Shown piece after piece: positions 52,080-64,000 of a stretch of DNA of 64,000 nt. The translations under genes were made by a program, and so were the position numbers. The notes beneath the pieces were generated by a model. It did not search any database, was not told where the DNA came from, and saw nothing but the letters and a program-made list of their open reading frames with translations. Source of the stretch: Eledone cirrhosa (taxonomy: Eukaryota); the NCBI GenBank assembly GCA_964016885.1, contig OZ024743.1:157852001-157916000 (forward strand), given 5' to 3'. Numbering within the stretch: the stretch's first letter is position 1; each line of letters opens with the position of its first letter.

Positions 52080-52640
52080 AGGCTGAATTGAGTGGAACAA
52101 TTGAAAAGGCTGATGCAGTAATGCGCCAGCCTCAGCAATCAGAATAAGGGGGTTAGGTGTAAAAGCCAAACTCGCTGTCTTCCTGGTATTCCTGTCAACT
52201 CTTACCGAGGATCATGAATCTTGGGTAATGACCAAATGAATACAATTGCAAATAAAAGTGGCAGAAATGGGATTCCTCCGAAGGGTCTTTGGAGTAACGT
52301 TACTCGATAAAGTGCATAACTCGGAGACCAGAGAGTCACTCCTGGTAGGGCCGCTACTTCTCCGAATTGAGAGATCACAACTCCGATATTATGAGCACGT
52401 GGTTAGGATGTCTCAGTAAAGAATCGCTAGACACATTTTACTGGCAAAACCAACTGGCAAGAGACCCAGAGGTGGACCCTGAGCAAAATATTTGGATAAC
52501 ATCCATGAGCTTGGCTGGTCACGCTTTGGGATCCAGCTGGATCAGTCAGAGATGTTTGCTACTGACAGACTCGCTGGAAGGAGTGTTTGAGGACTCTGCC
52601 CCCACGACCCTCTCAGAAATAAGTGGGTGAAGAAGAAGAT
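52080..52640 (+). mobile_element. RTE-clade LINE 3' fragment with (GAA)n tail
   Basis: LLLRIERSQLRYYEHVVRM..GKRPRG. Confidence 0.75.
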
Positions 52641-53753
52641 ATTGTTGTCAATTTACATATATCTATATGCATATATATTTGCATATAATACCAATATGTA
52701 CACTACATATGCTAGCAGAAAACCGCCCGAGGGCGGTTTTTCTGCTAGTTAATGTAAACATGTTTGTTAGTAGCTCATAGTTTTCAGGTTTTAACATAAA
52801 TGATCCTAGTCTCAACTTTTTTATATGAGTACTAGAACAGAAACCACATTGTTGGCCTTTGTTTTGTTTTTTTGTTTTTTTTTTTTGTTCTTTTTTAGTG
52901 TGGGGGGAATTGTATGCAAAGAGCCCTGAGAACCCTATATATTTCATTGGAATATAATATTCCCTGGTTACATGTCTCCTGTTACAAGTCTCATCATAGG
53001 ATATATTCTATTTTCGTCTATCTCTAGGTACTCGTAACATTTCTCACCAGAAAACCAGAGAAATAGTCAAACCACTGATACTGATGTTATTAGACTAACT
53101 TGCAGTTTTCTGCGTTTTACACTCATGCAGGAACGTTTATCTTGGTAAAACTCCATCTCTATAGACAATGATTTAGCCAGGTAAAACAATGAATATAATG
53201 TTTTGTATAGAACTTCTGCAGCGCAGATAGGAGAATAAATGTTAACGTATATTATTAGGACAATAGGATTGATGAGTTAATATCTGTATACAACAAATAC
53301 AACGGTACGCGATGGGGCCCATATGTTGGAATTAGGTCATATCTCTTCACTACATCCTTATGTTGGTGATTCTATATTTATGAGCCTATCACATATCCAT
53401 CGGATATTTGCAACAACATTATAATGGATTTACTGAAACTATAGACAGAATCATAAATTGACTGTTTTCTTAAAATATGACCCTGCAATATTCTATCCTA
53501 CTTCCTTCCTTTAAATTCAGAGTGGTGGCCCAGAACAAACATGTTGTTTATGGCCCTGATATAAGTCATAAGGATATTAACACGACGATTGGCTTCTAGT
53601 ATTCACGGAGTTGTTTAGGATTTTTCGGGTTTAAACATCAATAGCTCAGATTTCGTCTATCGTCCAATCGAGTATTCCAAACGTTGGTGTTAGGACAGGG
53701 ACGACAAACACATTATGAGCCACTGTTTTATTGTGCACAGAAATTTTGGGTTT

Positions 53754-53820
<67 letters not shown>

Positions 53821-55464
53821 GCGTGTGCGTGCGTGTGTGAATCATTTTGTTTTTAAATTCTTCAAAATGTTCATATAAAATAAAATTTCGTATCAAACAA
53901 AGAAGGAAAGTTCTACAGCTGAAGTTTAGTTAGTAGCAACCTATATATTGGAACGAGTAGGATTGAGCCACCTAGTTTACACGACACGTTAGGAGGAAAT
54001 CAATATATATCAACATATGTATAAGGATTAGATTGGCAGTATCGGTAGAGCATCGGACTAAACGGTTTGCGGTATTTAATTACGACTTTCTATGTTTTCA
54101 GTTCAAATCCCGCCGAGGTCAACTTTGCTAGCGGGTCGATAAAATAAGGTGTCAGTTAAATGCTGGAATCGATATAATCGACCCCCTTCAACAATTGCTG
54201 GTCCTGTGCCAATGCTAGAAAGATTTGTGTTGATGTAAAGACAAGAGTACGTGTCTCGGTGCATTACTGTTTTGAGTTCGTTATCTAATGTTCAATTAGA
54301 TTACAGAAATGAGTGCCGTTGATCCACCGTAATCAATCATCCAAGTATTTAACCATTTTGATATTCGTTTTATTCTAACACACATTTCTTTTGTACTCTT
54401 ATCTCATTTCAGTCAATACAGTGTAATTTCCATTGATTTTCTTATCTCATATAGGTTCCAAAATTAATTAGATATTACGTCTTGAGTGGTTCGTGCAGTG
54501 GTCAAATTAATTATTGATTTGTAGCACATTTTCGATTTTATTTTAAATCAATGAGAAGTGTATCAGTGCAGGATTCAATATATGTCTACAACCTATCAGA
54601 TAGGTCATACGATAAAGTCAAGACAAAAGGTATTAAACTACGGGGAGAATGTTAATGAATGCAATAAAATGAAAAGAAAAGAAGTTATAATAACAACTGA
54701 CGACTGATAAGAATCACAAAGCTTTATCTTATGTGTTTGTCAGAAGAAGTGAGACAGAATATATTAATATTTTACTGCCTTCTGTTGACGAGCAAAGTTC
54801 AAGTCTTACTATTTTATTTGAATATTTCTATGTTAATAAATACTTAACAAGAGAAAAGAACACGTTGTTGTTCCAGAATGACAATTTTGTGGAGCAAGGA
54901 ATAAAGCAAAGATCTTTTAATACAAATTCAAGAAAAAGCGAAAGCCATGTCAAGAGTGTGTGTTATTTTTATTTATCTACAAATCATCCCTGAACAAATA
55001 ACCATATTTTCTTTTTTCTAAACTATATTATTCAAAATACCTTTCCGTTTTTAAGATGGTAAAGCCATTTGAAGGTTATTTGGATGCTATTTCTTGCAAG
55101 ACATTCAATTATATAGTTATTTATCTTCAGATTGGCTTTGGAAAATGCTTCCCAATGTAGTCATCCTGTCTTTTTTTTCTTTACTGCATTGTCTAATGTA
55201 TCCTTTCCTTCTTAACAATATGGAATGTGATTTGAAGTAGATTTAGCTGCTGTATCACAAAGGTTTCCTGAACCGGTTGGCACCATTGAGTATGGAGAAG
55301 GTTTAGAGGTCGAAAGATATCATTTTTGAGAGGCAGAGACTGGATATGGTATATTCTCAATGGCTGCAGAATCTCAGAAACACAATATCTCTCTACTAAG
55401 AGTACAGTTTGATTGTTTTTTTTTTTTGTTTTTGTTTTTTTTTAATTCTTGTTCTAAGTGATCC

Positions 55465-55830
55465 ACAATTACAGATCCGTCAGCATATAAAACATCGCGG
55501 ACTATAGCTATGAACGTCTTTGTTTTAGTTTCAAAACGCCATGCATTCTGAATTCCTGTAATGCATGGATAATTGCAACTGAGAAGTATATCGGGAACAA
55601 AGCTGGCTCAAGTATATACCCCTGATTATCACCAATCTCCAGAGCAATCCTTTTCGACAGAACAGCATTAGAACTGGATGAAACCTTCAAATCAGTGTCT
55701 AACTGGACAACTTGGTAGGGCACCCTAACCTTTCCAGAATTTTTTATGCAGTGCATTTCGATTCATCGTGTTAAAAGCTTTCGTTAGGTCAACAAATACT
55801 TTTCTTGCAGCTATCTGACACCGAAGGAAT
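55465..55830 (-). pseudogene. RTE-clade RT fragment
   Basis: VFVDLTKAFNT, QGYILEPALF, VLYADG. Confidence 0.75.
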
Positions 55831-55858
55831 ATATGAACTGCTTCTATCTATAAATACG

Positions 55859-55947
<89 letters not shown>

Positions 55948-56017
55948 CGTTTATATTATATATATATATAATAGAAAAAACGAGGAAGTTTCGTTTACAT
56001 TTGAAAAATATTTATTG

Positions 56018-56120
56018 CGTATCGACCTGTTACGCACGTTGCGCAGAGGATTGGCTCAAGGTGACCCATGGGATCTATGGACCCGACTCCGTATCGATCT
56101 GCTCCTCAGAATGGTGATGC
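56018..56120 (-). ncRNA. Degenerate type I HHR-like motif in a short insert (55970-56162) between TA runs
   Basis: CUGAGGA-GCAGA...UCUGC-GCAAC(for GAAAC)-GUGC-GUA; stem I only partly paired. Confidence 0.5.
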
Positions 56121-56306
56121 GACAAAAGATATATTTTTGTTGTGGTATGTGGGCCGAGAAGATATATATATAGGCATCAGCCCTTTTGTGTGTGTGTGTA
56201 GGGGGCGTGTATGTGCATTTTGGTGTACATAGTGGTGCGGCGATGCAGGTGTGTATTCACCCATATTCATGTGCGTGTTTACGTGAACGCGCGAGCAATT
56301 AGGGAT

Positions 56307-56349
<43 letters not shown>

Positions 56350-56724
56350 GACGCGTTTTGGAATGTGCATTGGTCAGTCAAAGACTTGTTTTGGTGTAAA
56401 CAGGAAGCAGCGGTTTATGGGGTGTGTCTGCATGGACGACCCGATACTAGTTTATAGTGACGGTAAAGACATTTCATGTTTTTGTCAAAGAATTTAAAAA
56501 AAGGTTGTGGATAGTATTTGTAAGATGTAGAAATTCAACAACATAGACAGACAAACGTAGACGTACAGTCGCGCACAGACATGTATACATATCCATACGC
56601 CCAAACTCAGGAGCCCGCGCACGCATATAAGTGTTTACATCCACACACGTCCATAGATCACACATATATACACACACCCACTCTCATATATATATATATA
56701 CACATATATATATATTTATTAACA

Positions 56725-57265
56725 TAACAGATTAAAGTTTAAGCAAAGAATCGCTGCTTTCACCCTTAACGGGGTCTTCTGAAAGGGTGAAAGCAGCGAT
56801 TCTTTGCTTAAACTAATCTGTTATTTTAATAAATATTTGCTCTATGGTTCTTATATATTTGATATATATTTTTCCTTATCTAGCCCACTTTGGATTTTAG
56901 TCTTCAAATTTATTATTATTACTACTGGGTAACCTGGAATTTGGTATTTCTCTTCACAAATAATATTGCGAAACGGTTATATCAAAGACCGTCTGGGTGA
57001 TGGTAGTTACCACAATATTGGTTTGTATTTATTTTTCTTAATTTGTTCTTAAATTGAGTCCAGCAAACCCTATTGTCTGTAGTTAGTATTTTTTTCACCT
57101 TAGCGATTTTGGTCCATTACGATTTGAACACACACATATATATATGTCTGAGTTCGTTTTTTCCTTTTTTGTTCAGTTATATACGGCTCGGAAAAGCCTT
57201 TTTTCTAGAACTAATTTACTGTAATGAGACTATTTTGAGTTTCTAACTCAATACAAGCTTTTGAG
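56725..57265. mobile_element. Foldback insert in (TA)n, same family as 9495-9690, with longer tail
   Basis: Same arms and tail start; tail contains GAAAC-GGU...ACC-GUC (56970-56993). Confidence 0.8.
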
Positions 57266-57285
57266 ATATATATATATATATTTAT

Positions 57286-57866
57286 ACATGGTGGCTGCCA
57301 ACTCGTTTTCGAGTACGGCCACTACTTTATATCCATGTAGGAGAACCCCTACCGATGCGCTGAACGAATGTGACTTTTAGTCCAGCCAGCGACTTGAAAA
57401 CTCTGGTACAAACACTATACTTGTGACAATTATTGACACAGTTCAGGGCCCATGGTACCATGTGACCACAAGTGTAGAGAGGTCTCCAGATACAAAGCAA
57501 TTCCTGTGCCGTGAAGCTTTTATAGTGAGCAAAGGCAATGCACAAAGCCAGTCCCACTCTCTTAACCAAGATGATATTTACCAAAAAGAAGAATGAGTCA
57601 ACATCATTGGATACCATCAGGGTTGCAGAATTCTGCGTTGACAAATGCTAAGGGGTCTTCTCTCCCGGTAATTTTGGATGGCCCTTGACTCATAAGAGCT
57701 CCTTTGCCCTTTGACAGGGTTTTTTTTTAATCCTGCAGGATGTCCAAAGTCACCTTCCTCACCAAGAAACCTTGGTGGGGTTGCCAGTTTAGTCGCCAAC
57801 GACCCGACCATGAGACAGGTTGTACTGGGATACATGTTACCAGTAGCACCAACTGGTGACCTGACA
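57286..57866 (-). mobile_element. Non-autonomous bipartite RTE derivative
   Basis: Reverse-complement homologue of 27650-28205, with extra 5' sequence and a ~29 bp deletion. Confidence 0.75.
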
Positions 57867-57932
57867 TATATATACATACATACATACATACATACATACA
57901 TACATACATACATACATACATACATACATACA

Positions 57933-57965
<33 letters not shown>

Positions 57966-57977
57966 GTAAACACACGC

Positions 57978-58016
<39 letters not shown>

Positions 58017-58062
58017 CATATATATACGTGCACATACATGCATGCATACACACATACATATG

Positions 58063-58094
<32 letters not shown>

Positions 58095-60334
58095 TACACA
58101 CACACACACACACATATGGCACAAGGCCAGCAGTTTTGGGTGTGGGGAAAATTGATTCAATTGACACCATTACTTCACGGCTTCAAAAGAATGAAAGGTT
58201 AAGTGGATAAAGGCGAGATTTGAACTCAAAATATAAAAGGTTGTAATTAAATAATGATTTCTGCGTTAGGCAGAAGCCCAGTAATTTGGCGGGAGGGAAA
58301 TGTCGATTAAATAGAACCCCCCATTACTTCATTGGTACTTTATTTTATCGCCTCTGGAAAGATGAAAAGCAAAGTTGACCGTGGCGGGATTTCAGCTGAA
58401 AAGGTAAAGATCTGTAAAACTACTGCTACGCATTTATCCGACGTTCTAAATAATACTGTTTACGAAAATCATTTACCTATTTTGATGAGGATGAGGGCGG
58501 GGGGCGATCTTTTCTTCTTTCTTTTTTCTTTTTTTTTTTTTTTGCTATTATTATTTTGGCTGATATTCTTTTTACAAATAAAGAAATAGTTATTGAAAAA
58601 GCTTTTCAAAACCAGTTCTTTCATTTTCTTTTCAAATTAGTTTTCTCATACTTGTTAATGCTAATTTCTTTTTATATTTCGTGATCTTTCTTCACATTAT
58701 CTAATTTCTGTAGCTTCGGATACTCTTTTATGCTTTAGCTCCTTCTTTTTGTGTATGTTTACTTATTTCATGTATTGTTTTCATGTTTATTCTAATACCA
58801 TATTTTCAGTCCTCCAAGCCAACAAATTACACGTGGCATTTTTTCAACCAATGAAGGCTGACTTGACAAAACATTTTGCCTCAATATTTGATTATTTTGC
58901 GATTTATTTTGTTTTACATTTTCTTTTTGTTTTGAAATCCAACTTTATTGGTTGTTTCCTTCTTTCCCTATTGTGATTATATTATATTATATCGTATTAT
59001 ATATCATATATTACATTATATCATATCATATCATATTATATGATATTATTAAAAGAACACACAAAACACAATCGATCTCGATTCCAAGTGACGATCTTTG
59101 TTCATTCGTTAAGAATTTGAAATTCCAATTTTTTGAAAAGGAACAAATTGTGGATAGCAGTATCATAAAAAAAATCGATTTTTAACAAATTGAATTTTTC
59201 CACTAAAAATATAAAATCCCAGATTAATACGATCGTTCATGAAAAAGCTTTTAAACGTTTATTGATTTAGATTTAGTCTTTGGGAAAACATCGTGGATTT
59301 CTTTTCGACTAAGTGTGTAAAAAAACTATTCTTTTTGTAGTGGGCGATGATGGTGATGGAAGTGGTTGTGAGGAGGCGGAGGCAATGGCAGTAACATTTC
59401 TTTTTTTACCATTTAAGTAAGGAGGGAAGTACAGCGCCCTTGATTCTTTATTGTTTACAGAGCCTCTATGACTGATGGGAGGAATGAGAAAGTTATCCTC
59501 AAACATGAGACCTTCCCCAAATGCTTGCAACACAATGAACTCCGCTACAACCCAAGAAGTCAAAGCACAATGTGTTCTAGCAATTACGCCAACCTACCTA
59601 TCCTAGACTGGTATTAATATGCAATATATCTACATATAATAAACATACCTTTAGTCTCGCTGTGAGTAATTAAGCTGTGAATATGTTCCAACCAGGGTAA
59701 GAGCGGCGAATATATTTCGATGTTGTTACAGATCTTCAACCCTTATTTACTTTTACCAGGAAGCTGAGGTATGGAAGGTTATATCTTATTATTTCCCAAT
59801 TTAAATCCTGGTGATAATCTATCTTTTTGTTGTTTTCTTTCATCCTGATATCGAATGAGCAAACAACATCTATTATCTTACAGCTGGGAAGATGACTCGG
59901 GGTTTGGTTTGGTCCCAACTCCGAGGTAATAAGCAGACTAGTCAGTCTAGTCTCACCCTGAAATAAGATGAGTGGAAGCTATCCCTGAAAGGTAAGGCAG
60001 GGGTGGCGAACGCGTTCATCACTTCCTGTAGTGTTCTTGGCGACCAGGATGAATTCGGATCTGTAGTGTTCCGAAACCCCCCCCCCCCCCCGAGTGATGC
60101 ACCCCGTTATTGGGGAATTCTGTTATTAATTTGTCTTGTTACTTTGTTACCTGTGTTTTTGTTGTTTTTTTAATCAATTTGTTTAAATGCTCAATGTCCC
60201 TGCTCATTTGTACTGTTTTTATGTGTCAGCCCTAATGAGCAGCAAACAATTATTGTTATTGTTGCTGTTGTTTTTATTTTTATTGTTGTTGTTGTAATTA
60301 TTATCATCTTTTTTTTACTTGATGTTATTCAACC

Positions 60335-61222
60335 AGAATAATAACCCTAATGAATATCAAGCTGCTACCTGCAGCCTCAGATATTCAGGACGTTCCACCT
60401 TCATCTCATGACAGTTCCAAATTATTTTCATTTCCCACGTCAGGTCCTTGTATCGGTTATTTTTTCCCTCTTCTTTTCTTGTGCTCTTGTACCGAGGGGC
60501 CAAGCTAGATCTATAATCAAGTACGATCTTTTTTATTTGCCGAAAACTACCAAGTCAGGCCTATTGTGTTCTAATTCTTTAACAGTTTGTATTCTGAAAT
60601 CCCACAACACCGTCACCCGGTCGTTTTCCATCACCGATTCTGGCTTATATTCATACCACCTCTCAGCGTGGGGTAAATCGTTCAATTTGCACAAATGCCA
60701 AAGGATCACTTTCCTATAATATCATGCCTCTGTCCTTTATAATGAGTCTGGGCTAGGAGTTTACACTCGGATACGATGTGGGTCGCAGTCTCCTCACTCT
60801 CCGCATATCCTACAACGCGAGCTAACTTCCTCCTTGTCAATATGATGTTTCATCATCCAATTCGTTCTAAGGCTTGCTCCTGTGCAATCAGCAGCATTCA
60901 CTCAGTAGCTTTCTTGAGGTCCCCATTTTTTAACCAGTCCCATGTCTGCGGATCTCTGAATTGTTTTCTGAAAGAAGACACCCACCCTATGTTAGCTGTC
61001 TCCCAGTTCTTCATACTATTATTTAATAGCAGTCTGATGTTGTCAACCACCTTGAATATATCTAGACACTTGGTTATCTAAGAATGAGGAACCATGTCGA
61101 ATGCCATGTTGTAGTCTATTCTTCCCATAGCAATGCCAGTGTGTCTCCTCTTGCAGTTCCTTATTATCATCATCTTATCTATAAGTAACTGGTCATTTGT
61201 GCCACCGAACTTCTTTCGGCAT
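60335..61222 (-). mobile_element. Old R4-type element, internally deleted
   Basis: IDYNMAFDMVPHS, AQEQALRTN, THIVSEC, LWDFRIQT, RPDLVVF. Confidence 0.75.
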
Positions 61223-62309
61223 ACATTATTATTCCTGCGGATTTTGGTGTGTTAAGCCATGTCCGTCTCCTATCCATAAGTGTTATAACTACTATTGAAG
61301 TTTACCATTTTAGTGACTCATTATTGTTAATTTTTATTTAATCCTTTTGTTGTTAAACTGACCAGGATCCTAAAACACTGGACGGTTTCCTTTGGTTCTT
61401 GCCCCACGGGGCAAACATTTTTGAAGCAATTTATAGGATTTTGTTTTTTACTTAATTAATGTTAAAAGGTGGCATCATCTTCTACCTTCCCTTTCGTAAA
61501 AAGGGGTTTTCCCTCTCTAACAATCACCAACGGCAACATTACTGTTACCACTGTTGCAGACAGCCGTAACAGCAACATGGCAAATACAAGCGGAAGGACT
61601 GTCACAGCACGAGCAACCCCAATCATAACTACTACCACGGGTAGTAGTAACAATAAAAACAATAACAAAGAAGACTATGACGAAAGAAATTATGAGGAAA
61701 GAGAAGAAAAGCAACAACACCAAGAATGAGAGCAAGAAGAAAATGAACAAGAGAAACATCCTCAGTGACATATCTCCCGCTATCTACGCACCATCACAAT
61801 AAGCGGGATTGATAATAACAGCAACGTAGGCAACAGCGACAACCAAGAAAACATAACGAAAGAAACAAAAGCAACATCAATAGTGGGAGAAAAGGGGAGA
61901 ACAGTAGCAACAAAAAGAACGTTTAGTAGCTACCAATAACTTCATCACCAACACACGAACACTTTGAGGAAGGAGGCTCTTAAGCCAAGCGTCTATGCCA
62001 AAGCAGTTAAAATGAGCAAATGCATATTTTTCCCAAACACATTCATATTGACGTGGATTATACATGAGCCCCCAAACAGGGAGGAACTCCAAATACAACA
62101 CAGAATTTGTATTACAGTGCCAAATATGCTCACGCTCCCTGAAAGGGATATGGACTGAAAACAAATGTTCCTCATAACAATAAATATTTTAATAAAAAAC
62201 GAAAAAGGATTGATGATTTGTGAAAGGTTTTCAAGGAGCAGCTGTCTATTGTAAAGACTGGGATGTCTGTCTTTCCTCTTTTCCTACTAATATAACCATA
62301 TTATGAGTA

Positions 62310-63395
62310 GGAAGTATAAATGCACATGGCCATGGATCATATTTGAAGCAAAGTCGCTTGCTTTATGACCTGAGATCATTAGATATAATGTGGTTGCCAT
62401 CAGCAAGATCAGAATTTCCTAGCCACAAGCATTCATACACATCTTCGAGTGCTACAATTTCCTCGCTTCGTCTTTGATCTCGAAGAACGTCCATTTCATC
62501 TGGCCTCAGGAAGTAAGTCGGTGGTCATAGATATAGCAACGGCAAAGACATTGCCTTCGTACTAGTAACCGTCTATTGCCATTATTCAGATTAGTGGTCG
62601 AACATTGTGTGTCGGTTTGTCAAGTAGCTGCAAAATGTTCCTGGAGATAAAATAATGTCTTCAAGTGCTCACAGCCCTCTGCCAATCGGGCAGTACGGTG
62701 GTTGGAAACTCCGCCTTTGCGTTCTATAGAGGGTCAGTGAAGGGTAAAAGCGACGGCGTTCTTGGGAATATTCTGTGCGTCGACGGAAATAAATTAGCTA
62801 CGCTTTTCGGGAGGACTAATCTGGCTACCAACTGAGGCCATCATGAAGATCGTGCAGCCGTCCTCCTTCAGCTGGGAAGAACAAGCAGTTTTATCTGCCT
62901 GTTTGGCCATGGTAAAAGAGGTCGTATGATGGACTCATTTGAAAGCCTTGAAAGCAAGCACCTTCCTCTTCAGTGAAGCCCTAATTAAATTTGTCAGGTT
63001 TCACTTGAAAATGAAAATCAGAGTGAAGAGAAACCTGCAACCTTCCAACCTGTTTATCGGAACATAGGCGAGAGTGGCAAGCATGGCCCGAAGGAATGGG
63101 TCTGCTCTAAGTTTATAGCTATAGACATGAGAAGAAGATCTGGCCAATCGGTCAGGGTGACGATGGCTTTTTGTGAGCTTTCTCCACAATTGACCTATGG
63201 AGATCTCCCCCAAGTGGGGCTTTTGTTTTGTTTGATTTTTTAAATGTTTATTTTTTCAAAATTATTTATATTTTTAGTTTTGTTATAACATGTTTACACA
63301 CAAAAAAAAACATATTGTGTCCTTTCCCTTCTTTATTGTTTTCTTTATGTGAGCCCTGTGTGGATAATAAAGAAGCCATTATTATTATTATTTTT
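62310..63395 (+). mobile_element. Probable degraded, internally deleted L1/Tx1-like LINE
   Basis: APE-like start (NAHG..LLYDL..VVAIS), AATAAA and an (ATT)n tail at 63366-63392; motifs are weak. Confidence 0.35.
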
Positions 63396-63534
63396 CATTC
63401 ATCTTGCTTTATGTTCATACGAGTTATCACCAAGTCATAACCAATGACCTCAAGAGAGAAAAAGGTCCGCATGTTCAAGAAAGGACACATACACCAACAA
63501 ATGTATCTTTAGGTGTTGAGACTTGTGATATACT

Positions 63535-64000
63535 TATATTGACAGAATCTTCCTTAGTATATGGGCAGTTCCCATTAGTGCTATCTTTTGTATTTCTTCT
63601 ATACGCGGGTTTCCTGGGATTTGGGATAAGTAATCATTAGACCCCTTAGGTATCATTCCTAGAGCACCTACAACCACTGGTATTGTTTTTGTTCTCAACT
63701 TCCACATTTTTCCAATCCCTATCTCCAGATCCTTATACTTGCTCAATTTTTCAAATGTTTTTAGAGATACATTCTTGTCTATAGGAACGGACATGTCAAT
63801 TAGCAGGCATACCCTCTTTTAAAGTCCTTCAGTATTATATCAGATCTATTTGCATCTATTTTTCAGTCTGTTTGGATGCTAAAGTTCCACAAAATTGAGA
63901 TGTGATCTTTTTCAAGTATGGGAGGTGGTTGATGCTCCCACCAATTCTTTTGATGGAGCAGGTCAAAATGTTTACACAATACCCAATGTATGTATTGTGC
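63535..64000 (-). mobile_element. R4-type element RLE 3' fragment (runs off window)
   Basis: ILWNF.IQT, IDMSVP.D, EKLSKYKDL, IPVVVGALG, IQKIALMGTAHILRK. Confidence 0.85.

Noticed and set aside
57730-57866. Possible HDV-like ribozyme at the RTE-derivative 5' end (GGUCACC/GGUGACU)
   Set aside because: I could not assign P3/L3, P1.1 or the J4/2 cytosine.

Overview
AT-rich, microsatellite-dense animal DNA. The SINE, LINE and microsatellite make-up resembles a cephalopod (octopus-like) genome; this is an inference. I cannot support any host gene. The window is mostly TE debris: a near full-length R4/Dong-type RLE retrotransposon sitting in (CATA)n, a decayed CRE-type element with a PHD finger, RTE, CR1 and L1-like fragments, a hAT relic, a non-autonomous Helitron, many copies of a tRNA-SINE, and two Penelope-like (PLE) GIY-YIG relics. 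The main hidden signal is about a dozen mostly unrelated short non-coding inserts wedged into (TA)n tracts, most carrying a type I hammerhead ribozyme (HHR) motif (CUGANGA...GAAA...NUH) or part of one. Three are terminally redundant monomers (periods about 481, 432 and 676 nt) with one HHR each, as expected for cDNA copied from a circular or multimeric RNA (retrozyme-like). Most others are foldback insertions with both 3' ends pointing outward into (TA)n. Many of the HHRs have a U.U pair in place of the canonical G10.1-C11.1 pair and a long stem II, and two homologues show compensatory changes. All structures were read by eye; none was computed or tested.
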